From: Kiritimatiellia bacterium
GTDB lineage: Bacteria > Verrucomicrobiota > Kiritimatiellia > CAIQIC01 > Lenti-01
Length of the DNA stretch: 64,000 nucleotides
NCBI GenBank assembly: GCA_050176815.1
Contig: JBFXHR010000003.1
Location: 49,392 to 113,391, forward strand
Direction: 5' to 3'
The position numbers were made by a program, and so were the translations under genes. The notes under the pieces were generated by a model. It saw only the letters and a program-made list of their open reading frames with translations. It did no database searches and was not told the DNA's origin. Shown one piece after another: positions 42,033-51,981 of this stretch; position 1 is the first letter of the stretch, and each line of letters begins with the position of its first letter.

Positions 42033-43739
42033 ATGATCAAAGCGAGACCCAAACTGGGACAGATGCTGGTGGACGCGGGATTGCTGAACCCCGACCAGCT
42101 CGCCCGGGCGGTGGAGGCTTGCGCGGCGGCGGGCGAGCGGCTGGGGGAATACCTCTGCGGCATGGGGGCGATCCGCGAGGAGCAAGTGGTCGAGTTGCTC
42201 GGCCGCCAACTCAAGGTGTCCCGCTACGACCCCGAGCGCTATCCCCTCGACATGGCGCTGTCCGGGTTGATTCCCGTCGATCTGGCCCAGCGGCTCAAGG
42301 TGATTCCGCTCGGTCGCCGGAACGGCACCATCGAGCTGGGCATGAGCGATCCCACCGATATCGGCGCCCTCGACGCGGTCGAGCAGTTGACCCGCTGCGA
42401 GGTCTTGCCCGTCATCTGCACGGACCGGGAAATCAACCAGCTCACCAACGGCCTCTACGGGAGTTTCGCGGGGATCGGCGACGTGGCGGCCGAGGCCGGC
42501 GAGAAGGCCGGCGACGCCGCCGGCCTGCCCAGCATGGCGGAGGACGTGGAGGTGGGCTCGCTGAAGAACATGGCCGAAGGCGCGCCCGTCATCCGCATGG
42601 TGAATTGGATCATCTCCCAGGCGGCGCGGGAAGGGGCCAGCGACGTCCACATCAGTCCCGAGACGAACTACGTGCAGTTGCGGTTCCGGATCGACGGCAA
42701 GCTGCGCGAGGTGCCGGCCCCGCCCAAGAGCCTGCACCTGTCCATCGTTTCCCGCATCAAGATCCTCGCGCAGATGGACATCGCCGTTTCGCGCGTTCCG
42801 CAGGACGGGCGCTTCACCGTGCGCCTCGACAACCGGGAGATCAACGTCCGCGTTTCGACCATCCCGACCACCAACGGGGAAAACGTGGTCTTGCGCCTTC
42901 TCGACATGGGCGCCTTCAACTATTCCCTGAACGATCTGGGCATGTCGGACCGGGACCGCGAGCAGCTCGCGCGGGTGATCGAAGCCCCCTACGGCATGAT
43001 TCTCAGCACCGGGCCCACCGGCAGCGGCAAGACGACGACCCTCTACGCCATGCTCAAGGAGCTCAACCATCCCGACGTCCACATCATCACCGTCGAGGAT
43101 CCGGTGGAATACCGGGTGGCGAAGATCCGCCAGGTGCAGCTCAACACCAAGGCCGGAATGACGTTTGCCTCGGGCCTGCGGTCGATTCTCCGCCAGGATC
43201 CGGACGTCATCATGGTCGGCGAAATCCGCGACGCCGAGACCGCCCGCATCGCCACCCAGGCGGCCTTGACCGGCCACCGCGTGCTGAGCACCGTCCACAC
43301 CAACGACGCCGCCGGCGCCATCACCCGCCTGATCGACATGGGCATCGAGCCGTTCCTGATCGCGTCGGTCCTGCTCGTTTCGTTCGCCCAGCGCCTCGTC
43401 CGCAAGGTGTGTCCGCATTGCGCGGTCCGGGTCGAGCCCAGCCGCCGGTCCCGCGCCTTCTGGGGCGTTCCGGACAACGAGGAGTTCGCCGTCATGAAGG
43501 CCACGGGATGCGCCCGGTGCCAGCACACCGGCTACCAGGGCCGCGTCGGCATTTTCGAGGTGCTGATGGTGGACGACATGGTCCGCGAACTGATCGCCCG
43601 CAAATCGACCACGGCGGAGATCAACCAGGCGGCGCGGGCCGCGAGCCGCCTGCGCACCCTGAAGGAAGACGCCCTGGACAAGCTCCGCCAAGGCATCACC
43701 ACCATCGAAGAGGCGATGAGCGTCGTGAACATCTACTAG
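42033..43739 (+). CDS. pilB: Type IV pilus assembly (extension) ATPase PilB/GspE family
   Basis: N-terminal GSPII_E_N domain. Walker [11 protein letters not shown]. Tetracysteine zinc motif (CPHC...CARC). VGEIRD and His box motifs. Confidence 0.93.
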   Translation: MIKARPKLGQMLVDAGLLNPDQLARAVEACAAAGERLGEYLCGMGAIREEQVVELLGRQLKVSRYDPERYPLDMALSGLIPVDLAQRLKVIPLGRRNGTIELGMSDPTDIGALDAVEQLTRCEVLPVICTDREINQLTNGLYGSFAGIGDVAAEAGEKAGDAAGLPSMAEDVEVGSLKNMAEGAPVIRMVNWIISQAAREGASDVHISPETNYVQLRFRIDGKLREVPAPPKSLHLSIVSRIKILAQMDIAVSRVPQDGRFTVRLDNREINVRVSTIPTTNGENVVLRLLDMGAFNYSLNDLGMSDRDREQLARVIEAPYGMILSTGPTGSGKTTTLYAMLKELNHPDVHIITVEDPVEYRVAKIRQVQLNTKAGMTFASGLRSILRQDPDVIMVGEIRDAETARIATQAALTGHRVLSTVHTNDAAGAITRLIDMGIEPFLIASVLLVSFAQRLVRKVCPHCAVRVEPSRRSRAFWGVPDNEEFAVMKATGCARCQHTGYQGRVGIFEVLMVDDMVRELIARKSTTAEINQAARAASRLRTLKEDALDKLRQGITTIEEAMSVVNIY

Positions 43740-43756
43740 GAACGGCAGGTGGCGCC

Positions 43757-44983
43757 ATGAGCAGTTATCGATACGAAGCGTTGAACGCGGCGGGGAAGAC
43801 CGTGAAGGGCGTGATCGAAGCCGAGTCGCAGGACCACGCCAACGATCTCCTGGGCGCCCGCGGCCTCACCCCCCTCGCGATGCGCGACGCCACGGCGGCG
43901 GCGGCCCATCCGCGGCTGGACCAGTTCCTGCTGCTGTTCAACGGGGTCCATCCCGAGGAGCTGATCCTGTACACCAAGCAATTGGCGACCATGCTGAAGG
44001 CGGGCATTCCGATCCTGCGGGTGGTGGACATCCTGGAAAACCAGTCGGAGAATCCGCGGCTCAAGGACATCAGCCGCCAGATCGGCCTGGACATCCGCAG
44101 CGGAACCACGCTGTCCCGCTCCCTGCGCCGGCATCCCGACGTCTTTTCCCCGCTCTACGGCAGCATGGTCCAGGCGGGCGAGGCCAGCGGGGCGCTGCCG
44201 CAGATCCTCCAGCGCCTCATCTACATCATCACCCACGAGTACCAGGTCAAAACGGAGGTCCGCTCGGTCCTGCAATACCCGCTCATCGTGCTGGTTTCCC
44301 TGATCGCGGCTTTCGTGGGCCTGATCACGTTCGTGATCCCGCAGTTTGCGAAGGTCTACAACAAGGTGAAGGTCGAACTGCCGTTGCCGACCCGGATCTG
44401 CCTGGTCTTGAGCAAGGCGTTCAACGAGCAGTGGCCGATCCTGCTGCTGGCCGCGGCCGCGGTCGCCCTCGCCGTTTTCCTGGCGCTGCGAACCGCGCCG
44501 GGCCGCTATGGGTGGGACCGCATGAAGCTGTGGATTCCCCTGATCGGCCCCTTGCTGCTCAAGTCGGCGCTGTCGCGGTTCGCGAGCATCTTCTCCATCC
44601 TGCAGGCTTCCGGCGTCGGCATTCTCGATTCGATCAAGATCCTTTCGGGCACCATCGGCAACGCGGCCATCAGCCGGGAGCTGGAGGGGGTCCAGGTCCA
44701 TCTGGAGCAAGGCCACGGCGTGGCCCGGCCGCTCATGGCCGCGAAATACTTCACGCCCATGCTCGTCAACATGGTGGCCGTGGGCGAGGAGGCGGGCAAT
44801 CTCGACGAGATGCTGCGCGAAGTGTCCATCCACTACGATTCCGAGGTGGAGTACGCCACGCGCCGGCTGACCACGGCGATGGGGCCCGTCCTGATCGTCG
44901 CGATGGCCGTCCTCGTCGGTTTCTTCGCCCTGGCCGTCTACATGCCGATGTGGGATTTGGCGAAACTCGCCACGAGAACGTGA
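43757..44983 (+). CDS. pilC: Type IV pilus inner-membrane platform protein PilC (GspF family)
   Basis: Two T2SSF repeats ([15 protein letters not shown]... and [22 protein letters not shown]...). Three TM helices. Confidence 0.92.
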   Translation: MSSYRYEALNAAGKTVKGVIEAESQDHANDLLGARGLTPLAMRDATAAAAHPRLDQFLLLFNGVHPEELILYTKQLATMLKAGIPILRVVDILENQSENPRLKDISRQIGLDIRSGTTLSRSLRRHPDVFSPLYGSMVQAGEASGALPQILQRLIYIITHEYQVKTEVRSVLQYPLIVLVSLIAAFVGLITFVIPQFAKVYNKVKVELPLPTRICLVLSKAFNEQWPILLLAAAAVALAVFLALRTAPGRYGWDRMKLWIPLIGPLLLKSALSRFASIFSILQASGVGILDSIKILSGTIGNAAISRELEGVQVHLEQGHGVARPLMAAKYFTPMLVNMVAVGEEAGNLDEMLREVSIHYDSEVEYATRRLTTAMGPVLIVAMAVLVGFFALAVYMPMWDLAKLATRT

Positions 44984-46350
44984 TGAAAACGGGGTCCATC
45001 CAAGTCCGATTGTACCTTCTCGTCCCGCTGATTTTCGCCGGGTTCACCGCCTTGGCCGCGCAGCTGACCTACCATCTGATGCGGTCCGGCGCGGTCGGGG
45101 ACGGACGGATCTGGCCCCTGCTGGCGACGTCGGGGCTGCTGGTGGCCACCGCTTTCCTGTGCGGCCTGTTCATCCTGTGGCTCGTGTTCCGCCCGGTGGA
45201 GACGTTCCTGAAGGAAACCCGCGCGCTCGTGCCTGCGCCCGCTCCGCTGCCGGCCCGCGCCCGCCGCGCGGCGGATTTCGAGGCCATCACGCCCATCGCC
45301 CACGCCCTGAACTGGGCGGCGGAAGCGCTCGGCCGCATGGAGGCTCAGGCGCTCTTTCCCGACGTCATCGCGCCATCGCCCGCCATGCGTGCCGTGCTGG
45401 GGCTGGTCAAGAAGATCGCGCCGACCGATTCGACGGTGCTGATCCTCGGCGAAAGCGGAACCGGCAAGGAATTGATTGCCCGCAACGTCCATTCCCACAG
45501 CCGCCGCGCGGACAAGCCGTTCGTCGCCATCAACTGCGCCGGCATTCCCGAAGGCCTGCTCGAAAGCGAGTTGTTCGGCCATGAAAAGGGTTCGTTCACC
45601 GGCGCCTACGCCCGCAAGATCGGCAAGCTCGAGGCGGCCAACGGCGGCACCGTTTTCCTGGACGAAATCGCCGACATGCCGTTGATGACCCAGGCCAAGA
45701 TCCTCCGCGCCCTGCAGGAGCGGGAAATCGAGCGGGTGGGGGGCGCCCGGCCCGTTCCGGTGGATATCCGCGTCTTGGCCGCCACCAACAAGGATCTGGC
45801 CCGGATGGTCAAGGAGGGCGCTTTCCGCGAAGACCTGTTCTTCCGCATCAACGTGTTTTCCTTCCGCCTGCCCGCGCTGCGCGAGCGCAGCCAGGACATT
45901 CCCCTGATGGCGACCCATCTGTTGCGGCAGATCAAGCCGGAGGCCTCGTTCTCGCCGCAGGCCCTGGCGGCCTTGACCGCCCACCGCTGGCCCGGCAACG
46001 TGCGCGAACTGATCAACGTCATCGAGGCCGCCGCCGCCTTGGCCGCCGACGTCATCGGGCCGGAACACCTGAATGCCGGCATCCGGCTGCCCCCCGAATG
46101 TCTCTTGCCCGAATCCGCGGGGCCCGCGGACGGCGGCCGGAATCTCGACGAACGCATCGCCGCGCTGGAAAAAGCGATGATTCTGGAGGCCTTGGTGCGG
46201 GCCGGCGGCGTCCAGGTGCGCGCCGCCGCCCTGCTGGGCATCAAGGAGCGGAGCCTTTGGCATCGCATCGCCAAGCATCACATCGACGTGGCGGCCATCC
46301 GTCCCGAAAAGGCCGAGCCGAAACCCGGGCCGCAGAAAGTGGAGCCATGA
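44983..46350 (+). CDS. Membrane-anchored sigma-54-dependent transcriptional activator: two TM helices, AAA+ sigma-54 interaction domain and Fis-type HTH; no receiver domain
   Basis: N-terminal TM helices ([20 protein letters not shown] and [27 protein letters not shown]). Walker [15 protein letters not shown]-like region [10 protein letters not shown]. Arg finger and sensor region ([22 protein letters not shown]). C-terminal HTH ([18 protein letters not shown]). TGATG overlap with pilC. Confidence 0.85.
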   Translation: MKTGSIQVRLYLLVPLIFAGFTALAAQLTYHLMRSGAVGDGRIWPLLATSGLLVATAFLCGLFILWLVFRPVETFLKETRALVPAPAPLPARARRAADFEAITPIAHALNWAAEALGRMEAQALFPDVIAPSPAMRAVLGLVKKIAPTDSTVLILGESGTGKELIARNVHSHSRRADKPFVAINCAGIPEGLLESELFGHEKGSFTGAYARKIGKLEAANGGTVFLDEIADMPLMTQAKILRALQEREIERVGGARPVPVDIRVLAATNKDLARMVKEGAFREDLFFRINVFSFRLPALRERSQDIPLMATHLLRQIKPEASFSPQALAALTAHRWPGNVRELINVIEAAAALAADVIGPEHLNAGIRLPPECLLPESAGPADGGRNLDERIAALEKAMILEALVRAGGVQVRAAALLGIKERSLWHRIAKHHIDVAAIRPEKAEPKPGPQKVEP

Positions 46351-46440
46351 GCACCAACGATTGGAGCGATGCGCGGTGGTTCCGGGACCTAAAAACGCCT
46401 CGAAACCGGGTTTCCCGCGCTACGGCGCCGGACGCGAGGT

Positions 46441-46456
46441 TGGCACGGATCGTGCA
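46441..46456 (+). promoter_or_regulatory. Sigma-54 (-24/-12) promoter TGGCACGgatcGTGCA upstream of the pilin gene
   Basis: Read directly. Matches the TGGCACG-N4-TTGCA consensus at every position but one (G for T at -15), with the GG and GC elements at the canonical spacing. Lies ~70 nt upstream of the pilin ATG. Confidence 0.6.
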
Positions 46457-46525
46457 GAAGGGGAATGGCACCCAGCGCATGGGAAGCCGATGTTGATGAC
46501 GAAAACCAAACAAAAGGAGAAGCCA

Positions 46526-46906
46526 ATGAAAAACGATAGAATCGAGCAGAAATCGGGTTTCACCCTGATTGAAATCATCGCCGTGCTGGTCATTTTGGCG
46601 GTCTTGGCCGCCGTGGCCATTCCGCGCTACATCAGCCTGATCGATGAAGCGCGGGACCAGGCGCTGCAAGGGGCCGTTGCCGCCGCGTTGTCGCACGTGT
46701 CCATGGCTTATGGACGCCTCTGCCTGCAGAACGACGCGGAGCCCACCGGAGCCGCCCTCGCCACCGAGTGCGGCACGACCAACCCGATGGACCAGACGGA
46801 TTACACCTACACCTTCGCGGCGTCCGGAGACGACGTGACGATCACCGTCACGGACGTGGACGACGCCACGGCCACGGCCACGGCGACGTGGTCGAGCCCG
46901 GGCTAA
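46526..46906 (+). CDS. pilA: Type IVa major pilin (prepilin-type N-terminal cleavage/methylation domain)
   Basis: AAGGAGA ribosome-binding site. Leader MKNDRIEQKSG, then FTLIEIIAVLVILAVLAAVAIPRY (G-1/F+1/E+5). 126 aa. Confidence 0.85.
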   Translation: MKNDRIEQKSGFTLIEIIAVLVILAVLAAVAIPRYISLIDEARDQALQGAVAAALSHVSMAYGRLCLQNDAEPTGAALATECGTTNPMDQTDYTYTFAASGDDVTITVTDVDDATATATATWSSPG

Positions 46907-46993
46907 CGGTGGAATCCGCGCGGCGCGGGGGGAGGGGAATATCTCTCCTCCCGCCGCATGCCGTTTTCCGAGCGGGTGAAGCGGAGGCGAAAA

Positions 46994-47452
46994 ATGAAGG
47001 GTCGGTCCAGAGGACGGTCGGCGCAACAAGGGTTTTCCCTGATCGAGGTGATTGCCGTGCTGGCGGTGCTGGGCGTTTTGGCCGTATCCATCGTCGCCGG
47101 CATGGACGTCCACGCCAGCGTGGCCGTCGAGGCCGACATCCTCCGCTCCCATCTGGGCTATGCCCAGTCGCTGGCCATGGCCAACAACACCGCCGACTGG
47201 CGGGTGTCGTTTGGCGGCGGTTCCTACACCCTCCAGCGCAACGGCGGATCCGCGTGGGCCGATGCCTCCATTCCGTGGCCCAACGAGTCCGCCGCCACCC
47301 ATGTATTGCCCGACGGCGTTTCGATCGCGTCGGGAGGCATGGTCGAATTCGACAATTGGGGCGCGCCCGCCAACACCTTCGTCCTCACGCTGTCCGACGG
47401 AACGCAGCAGCAACAGGTCTCGATCACCGGATTCACAGGACTGGTTCAATGA
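46994..47452 (+). CDS. Minor pilin / pseudopilin (prepilin-type N-terminal domain; FimT/GspH-like)
   Basis: Leader ...SAQQG then FSLIEVIAVLAVLGVLAV. The start may instead be the upstream ATG at 46958. Confidence 0.7.
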   Translation: MKGRSRGRSAQQGFSLIEVIAVLAVLGVLAVSIVAGMDVHASVAVEADILRSHLGYAQSLAMANNTADWRVSFGGGSYTLQRNGGSAWADASIPWPNESAATHVLPDGVSIASGGMVEFDNWGAPANTFVLTLSDGTQQQQVSITGFTGLVQ

Positions 47453-47871
47453 AGCCCCCCCGCACATCTGGATTCACCCTGATCGAGGTCATCGTCGCCA
47501 TCGTTCTTTCCTCGATCGCCATGGCGGCCATCCTGCCGATGCTGGATCGGGTGTTCCAGCTGAGCCACGAGCCGAGGACCACGCTCCAGGCGGGCTTGTC
47601 CCTGCAGGCCGCCATGGATGGGCTGGTGACCCTGCACGAAGCCCATACCAACGACCTGACGTGGCTCCGGTTGCATGCGAGAGACAACTTGCCCCCCGGC
47701 ATCGGCCTGGTCGCGACGAAGACCTACCACGTCGAATTCACGAACGGAGTGGACGGGGTGGGGCGGGAGAAGCCGCCGTATGCCGTCGCCACCACCAATC
47801 TGTACAAGATCACGCTCACGAACGCGCTGGGCGAACAGGCCGTCCGTCTCTTCACGGTGCCGCCGCTATGA
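47449..47871 (+). CDS. Minor pilin (prepilin-type N-terminal domain; PilV-like)
   Basis: MKPPRTSG then FTLIEVIVAIVLSSIAMAAILP. ATGA overlap with the upstream gene. Confidence 0.7.
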   Translation: MKPPRTSGFTLIEVIVAIVLSSIAMAAILPMLDRVFQLSHEPRTTLQAGLSLQAAMDGLVTLHEAHTNDLTWLRLHARDNLPPGIGLVATKTYHVEFTNGVDGVGREKPPYAVATTNLYKITLTNALGEQAVRLFTVPPL

Positions 47872-48350
47872 AAAAGGGATTCACGTTGATCGAGGTGGTC
47901 GCGACCCTCCTGCTGGTCGCCATATTGGCGGTGTCGGTGGTGATCTCGATGCTGCCGATGACCCAGGGGCTGATGCAGGTCCGCGCCAACACGTCCACGG
48001 CGCAGAAGGCCCGCCTCGCCCTGTCCCGCATCGGGCGGGAATTCACCACGATCACCGCCATCGTCTCGAGCAGTCCGGATGGAATCACGTACGACTTTCT
48101 GGTGCCGGCCGGAAGCTGGTATGCCACCCTCCGGCACACCTTGTCGCGGAGCGGCGACGAACTCCTCCTCGAAGGCATTCCCCTTTGCGACGACGTCGCG
48201 GATTTCGACCTGAGTCTCGATTATGCCGCCGGCGCCCCTTTCCCGGTCATTGGAATTCTCCTGAGCCTCCAAAACGTCGTGGGCGGCGACACCTACGCCA
48301 CGTCTTACTCGAACCAAATCGCCCCCCGGAACATGCTCGCAGGGCCGTGA
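47868..48350 (+). CDS. Minor pilin (prepilin-type N-terminal domain; PilW/GspJ-like)
   Basis: MKKG then FTLIEVVATLLLVAILAVSVV. ATGA overlap. Confidence 0.7.
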   Translation: MKKGFTLIEVVATLLLVAILAVSVVISMLPMTQGLMQVRANTSTAQKARLALSRIGREFTTITAIVSSSPDGITYDFLVPAGSWYATLRHTLSRSGDELLLEGIPLCDDVADFDLSLDYAAGAPFPVIGILLSLQNVVGGDTYATSYSNQIAPRNMLAGP

Positions 48351-48352
48351 CC

Positions 48353-49735
48353 ATGCAAACACCCCCCCAACGCAACAACGGCGCGGCGCTGGTCGTCGTG
48401 GCACTCTCGATGATTGCCGCCGGCCTGGTGGGGACCGCCATCCTGTCGATGGCCACCAGCGCCCGCTACGAACGGGTCCAGTACGGCATCACCAACCGGG
48501 CCTATTACCTGGCGGAGTCCGGCGCCGCCCACGTGCGGGCGCGCCGCGCCACCAACCTATTTTTCTTTCCGCAATTCGAAACCAACGTTTTCGCGAACGG
48601 CGACCGGTTCGTCGTGACCGCCACCAACGTCTCGTTCATCTACACGAACGCCGCCGGCACCGTCTACGAAGCCTGGCACGTCGTCGGGCACTCGACCGGC
48701 ATCGCCAATCCCGGCCAGGCCTTCGAGTCGGTCCAGCGGGTCTACTTCGACATGCACGAAAAAGGCACCGTGCCGCCCGCGCCGGGGCTGTTCTCCAGCG
48801 AGAGCGCTTTCGACTTCAGCGCCTGGAACCTGCAAGGCATCGATCAGCAGGACGTCCTGATCAAGGACACCGGCCCCTCGGACGGGCCGGCGGTGAACCT
48901 CGGAGTCGACCGGCCCGAATTCTGGGGGTACGTCGCGCTGAACTGGACCAACATTCCGGGGTTGAATCTGGCCAATTACTGGTATTACCACGACGGCCGG
49001 CTGAGCTACGACGCGCAAATGAAGGTGCAGACGTTCGAGAACGTACCGAGCCTGCACTACATGCTCGGCATCTCGTTCCGCCTCCGCGCCAACGGCGGCA
49101 GCTACGGCCTCTCCTTTTTCCGGTCGATGACGAACGACGGCTCGAAGGCCGTGGCCGATGCCGACCGTCCTCCCTGGGCCCGGGATGCGAACCTCTGTAC
49201 CAATTTCCAGGCGCTGCGCGGGACGAACAACTACACCGTGCTGTGGTACCGCGCCGCCTCCAACGCGCCCCTCCAGCTGATCAATTCCCGCCGCCTGGTG
49301 CCGTCCGACAACCTCCTATACGTCTATGACGATCTCTACGAGATCATCAACTACGCCACGTTGCTGCTGCAGCTCGACGAGGCGTACGTGGGGACCAATC
49401 GGGAAAACCGCATCGTGGCCTACCTGTCGCCGCGCGCCATCAATCCGACCTGGCCGAACTTCAGCACCACCAACGCGGTGTGGCAGGAAAACGCCACCAA
49501 CTACCCCGCGCCGATCGTCTGGGACCAAAACCCCTACGGCCCCGCCACCGGCAACCAGGTCACCAACGTCGACAGCCGCATCGTCTCGGACGATTTCGGC
49601 ACCCTCCGGCCCCCCGAGATCGGCGTCCACGTGTTTTACGACCGGAACGCGGCCAACGAGACGTTTTTCCGCGATTTCGCCTTGCGCCTGGAAGGGTTTT
49701 CCTCGCCGTACGGCGGCACGCAGATCCAGTGGTAG
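48353..49735 (+). CDS. Large PilX-like minor pilin / pilus-tip protein (460 aa)
   Basis: N-terminus NNGAALVVVALSMIAAGLVGTAILSMA resembles the PilX N-terminal domain, which lacks the canonical prepilin cleavage motif. A large aromatic/Asn-rich C-terminal domain follows. Last gene of the pilin block. Confidence 0.55.
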   Translation: MQTPPQRNNGAALVVVALSMIAAGLVGTAILSMATSARYERVQYGITNRAYYLAESGAAHVRARRATNLFFFPQFETNVFANGDRFVVTATNVSFIYTNAAGTVYEAWHVVGHSTGIANPGQAFESVQRVYFDMHEKGTVPPAPGLFSSESAFDFSAWNLQGIDQQDVLIKDTGPSDGPAVNLGVDRPEFWGYVALNWTNIPGLNLANYWYYHDGRLSYDAQMKVQTFENVPSLHYMLGISFRLRANGGSYGLSFFRSMTNDGSKAVADADRPPWARDANLCTNFQALRGTNNYTVLWYRAASNAPLQLINSRRLVPSDNLLYVYDDLYEIINYATLLLQLDEAYVGTNRENRIVAYLSPRAINPTWPNFSTTNAVWQENATNYPAPIVWDQNPYGPATGNQVTNVDSRIVSDDFGTLRPPEIGVHVFYDRNAANETFFRDFALRLEGFSSPYGGTQIQW

Positions 49736-49761
49736 TTTTAAAAACAGGCAAGGAGGACGCC

Positions 49762-50337
49762 ATGAAAATGCAAGGGATGAAAGCAATGGGAGCGGGGCTG
49801 GCCTTGGCGGCGCTGCTGGGGCTCGCGGGCGGATGCGAAGACGCCGAGACCGATACGGCCCTGGCCGTCGATCCCTCCCGTTCGGAAACCACGGGCAAGG
49901 GGGAAACGGTGGTGCTGACCGCCTACGATCCCGACGAAGAGGTCTACAACAAGGCCTCGGTCGATTCCTCCGTTTCCGTGTCCAACGACGTGAGCGCCCA
50001 AATCCTCCTGCCCCTGGAGTGGCGCGTCAGCAACGGAGGGTTGGGCCGCATTGCGTCCAGCGCCGGCTACGCCGCCATCTACGAGAGCTATGGAACGGAG
50101 GGCCAGAACTACATCACCGTCCAGGACCAGATCGGCCGGAAAGGCACGGCCGTCGTGGAACAGCGCGTCGCCGACAGGACAACCAACACGACCACCACGA
50201 CCGAGACCACCACCGTTGGCGCCGAGACCACCTACATCATTACGACCAACGGCACCGTCGTCACCACCAACGTCGTGATTACCATCGACGAAACCGACGA
50301 AGAGGAAGACGTCACCACGTCCTCTTCCAGCCACTAG
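49762..50337 (+). CDS. Probable lipoprotein with Thr-rich C-terminal tail
   Basis: AGGAGG ribosome-binding site. Signal peptide ending LLGLAGGC. C-terminal TTNTTTTTETTTVGAETTYIITTNGTVVTTNVVITIDETDEEED. Confidence 0.5.
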   Translation: MKMQGMKAMGAGLALAALLGLAGGCEDAETDTALAVDPSRSETTGKGETVVLTAYDPDEEVYNKASVDSSVSVSNDVSAQILLPLEWRVSNGGLGRIASSAGYAAIYESYGTEGQNYITVQDQIGRKGTAVVEQRVADRTTNTTTTTETTTVGAETTYIITTNGTVVTTNVVITIDETDEEEDVTTSSSSH

Positions 50338-50567
50338 GGTTCCTAATCTTGCCGCCGCCGTTCCCGGGCGGGGTCTCCGGGGGCGGCGGTTATAGACCGG
50401 CCGCCACTCCAAGCCTCGGAGTCGGCGCGGCAGACGGCTGTTTGGGCGCCTAACGCAAACTTCATTGAAAATTCACGTGGCCTTTTGCGTCGCCCTCGCT
50501 ATCCTTGCCGTTGTGGGAAGGATTGGCCAGGGCCAATTCCCGCGCAAGGTCGCAAAGGAGAAGCGGA

Positions 50568-51908
50568 ATGAGAGGCGGGATTGGCATGCGGCGGGCGACG
50601 TGGATCGGGGCGTTCATGGGCTTGGCCCTTTGGGGGCTTTCCTCCGCGGTCCGGGCCGAAGGGGAGGGGCCGGCGGCTTCGGCCGATTTCGAAGCGGCGC
50701 TGGCCAAGGAGACCCAGTTGCGGATCGACGCGGAAACCAACATGGTGGCCACGTGGAAGCTTCTGCAGGACTGCCAGAAGGAAGTAGAGCAGCTTCGCGC
50801 GCGGACGGCCGAAAACGCGCAGGCCGCTGTCCATGCGCGGGACGTCCAGCGGCAGTTGGATGCCAAAACCGCCGAATGGATGGAGCAGAAACGTCAAATG
50901 GAAGCGCTCCAGGCGGAACAAATCCGATTGCGTCGGCAGTTGTCCGATTTGCGGGAGAGCTCGGCGGGAAGTTCCGGCCCGGAAGGCGGGACTCGGCTGT
51001 TGCAGGACGAAATCAACCGTCTGGCCCAGGCGCTGGGCGCGGCGCAGGAGCAAAACAAGGTTCTGACGCAGGCCCGGGAATTGATGGTGCAGCGGCAGGC
51101 GCAGGAGTATCTGGACCAAGGCAAGGCGATTTCGGCGGCCGCTGCCCGCGCGACGCAAATGGAGCAGGAGAACGCCCGGATTGCCGCGAAATTGCAGGCG
51201 CTGGAAAAACGGCTGGAGGCGGAAACGGCTCGGGCCGAATCCCTGGAACGGGAAAAAGCCGGGCAGGCGCAGGCGGCATTGGCCGCGGCCGCCCAGAGCC
51301 AAAACGATCTGGGGACCTTGCAGAGCGAACTGGAGGCGAAATCGAAGGCCTTGGCCGAGGTGGAAAAGCAGGTTCGGAAGCTGAAGAGAGAAGTCGGGCC
51401 GTCGGCGGCACAGGTTGCGGAGGCCGAAAAGCGGTTGGCGAAGGAGCAGGCCGCCGCCGCCGCCCAAGCGCAGGAATTCGAAAAGCGGCTGGCGGAAGAG
51501 AAGTCGCGGGCGGCGGCCTCGTTGCAGGATTTGGAGAAACGGCTGGCCGAGGAAAAAGCGCGCGCGGCGGCGCAGGAGCGGGACCCGGCCGCGCAGGGGC
51601 CGACGCCGGCCGAGATGGAAGAACTCCGGCAGGAAGCGGCTTCGCTGCGCGCCACCTTGAAGGAACGGGAATCGGCGCTGGACCAGGCATCCGAGCAGAT
51701 GAAAAGGTTGTGGGCGTCCGCCGCCGAGTCGGAGCAGCAACTCCCGGCCCGCCGGGCATCGGATGCCGCGCGCAAGGCCGCCGAAGCGAAGGTCAAATCG
51801 GTGGAGGCGGAACTGGCCAAGGCGGCCGCCAACGTCCGAAAGCTGGAGAAGGCGGTGGCCCGGGCGGAAAAGCGCTTGGCCGCGGAAAAGGCGCGGGAAC
51901 GGAATTGA
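50568..51908 (+). CDS. Secreted all-coiled-coil protein with (L)EKRLAEEK(A/S)RAAA-type repeats
   Basis: Signal peptide (MRRATWIGAFMGLALWGLSSAVRAEG). The rest is Ala/Glu/Gln/Arg/Lys-rich heptads with repeated EKRLAEEK units. The upstream in-frame ATG at 50505 is an alternative start. Confidence 0.5.
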   Translation: MRGGIGMRRATWIGAFMGLALWGLSSAVRAEGEGPAASADFEAALAKETQLRIDAETNMVATWKLLQDCQKEVEQLRARTAENAQAAVHARDVQRQLDAKTAEWMEQKRQMEALQAEQIRLRRQLSDLRESSAGSSGPEGGTRLLQDEINRLAQALGAAQEQNKVLTQARELMVQRQAQEYLDQGKAISAAAARATQMEQENARIAAKLQALEKRLEAETARAESLEREKAGQAQAALAAAAQSQNDLGTLQSELEAKSKALAEVEKQVRKLKREVGPSAAQVAEAEKRLAKEQAAAAAQAQEFEKRLAEEKSRAAASLQDLEKRLAEEKARAAAQERDPAAQGPTPAEMEELRQEAASLRATLKERESALDQASEQMKRLWASAAESEQQLPARRASDAARKAAEAKVKSVEAELAKAAANVRKLEKAVARAEKRLAAEKARERN

Positions 51909-51981
51909 CCGCTTTTCGCGGCGGAGTTCCGTCGGTCGCCGGCCATCGCCGGACGCGGGGCCGCGCAATCCGCGCGTGGCA

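Noticed and set aside
46463-46480. Second TGGCAC (GGAATGGCACCCAGCGCATGG) as an additional sigma-54 promoter
   Set aside because: The -12 element does not fit the consensus spacing (GC is not 10 nt from GG). The upstream site at 46441-46456 is a far better match.
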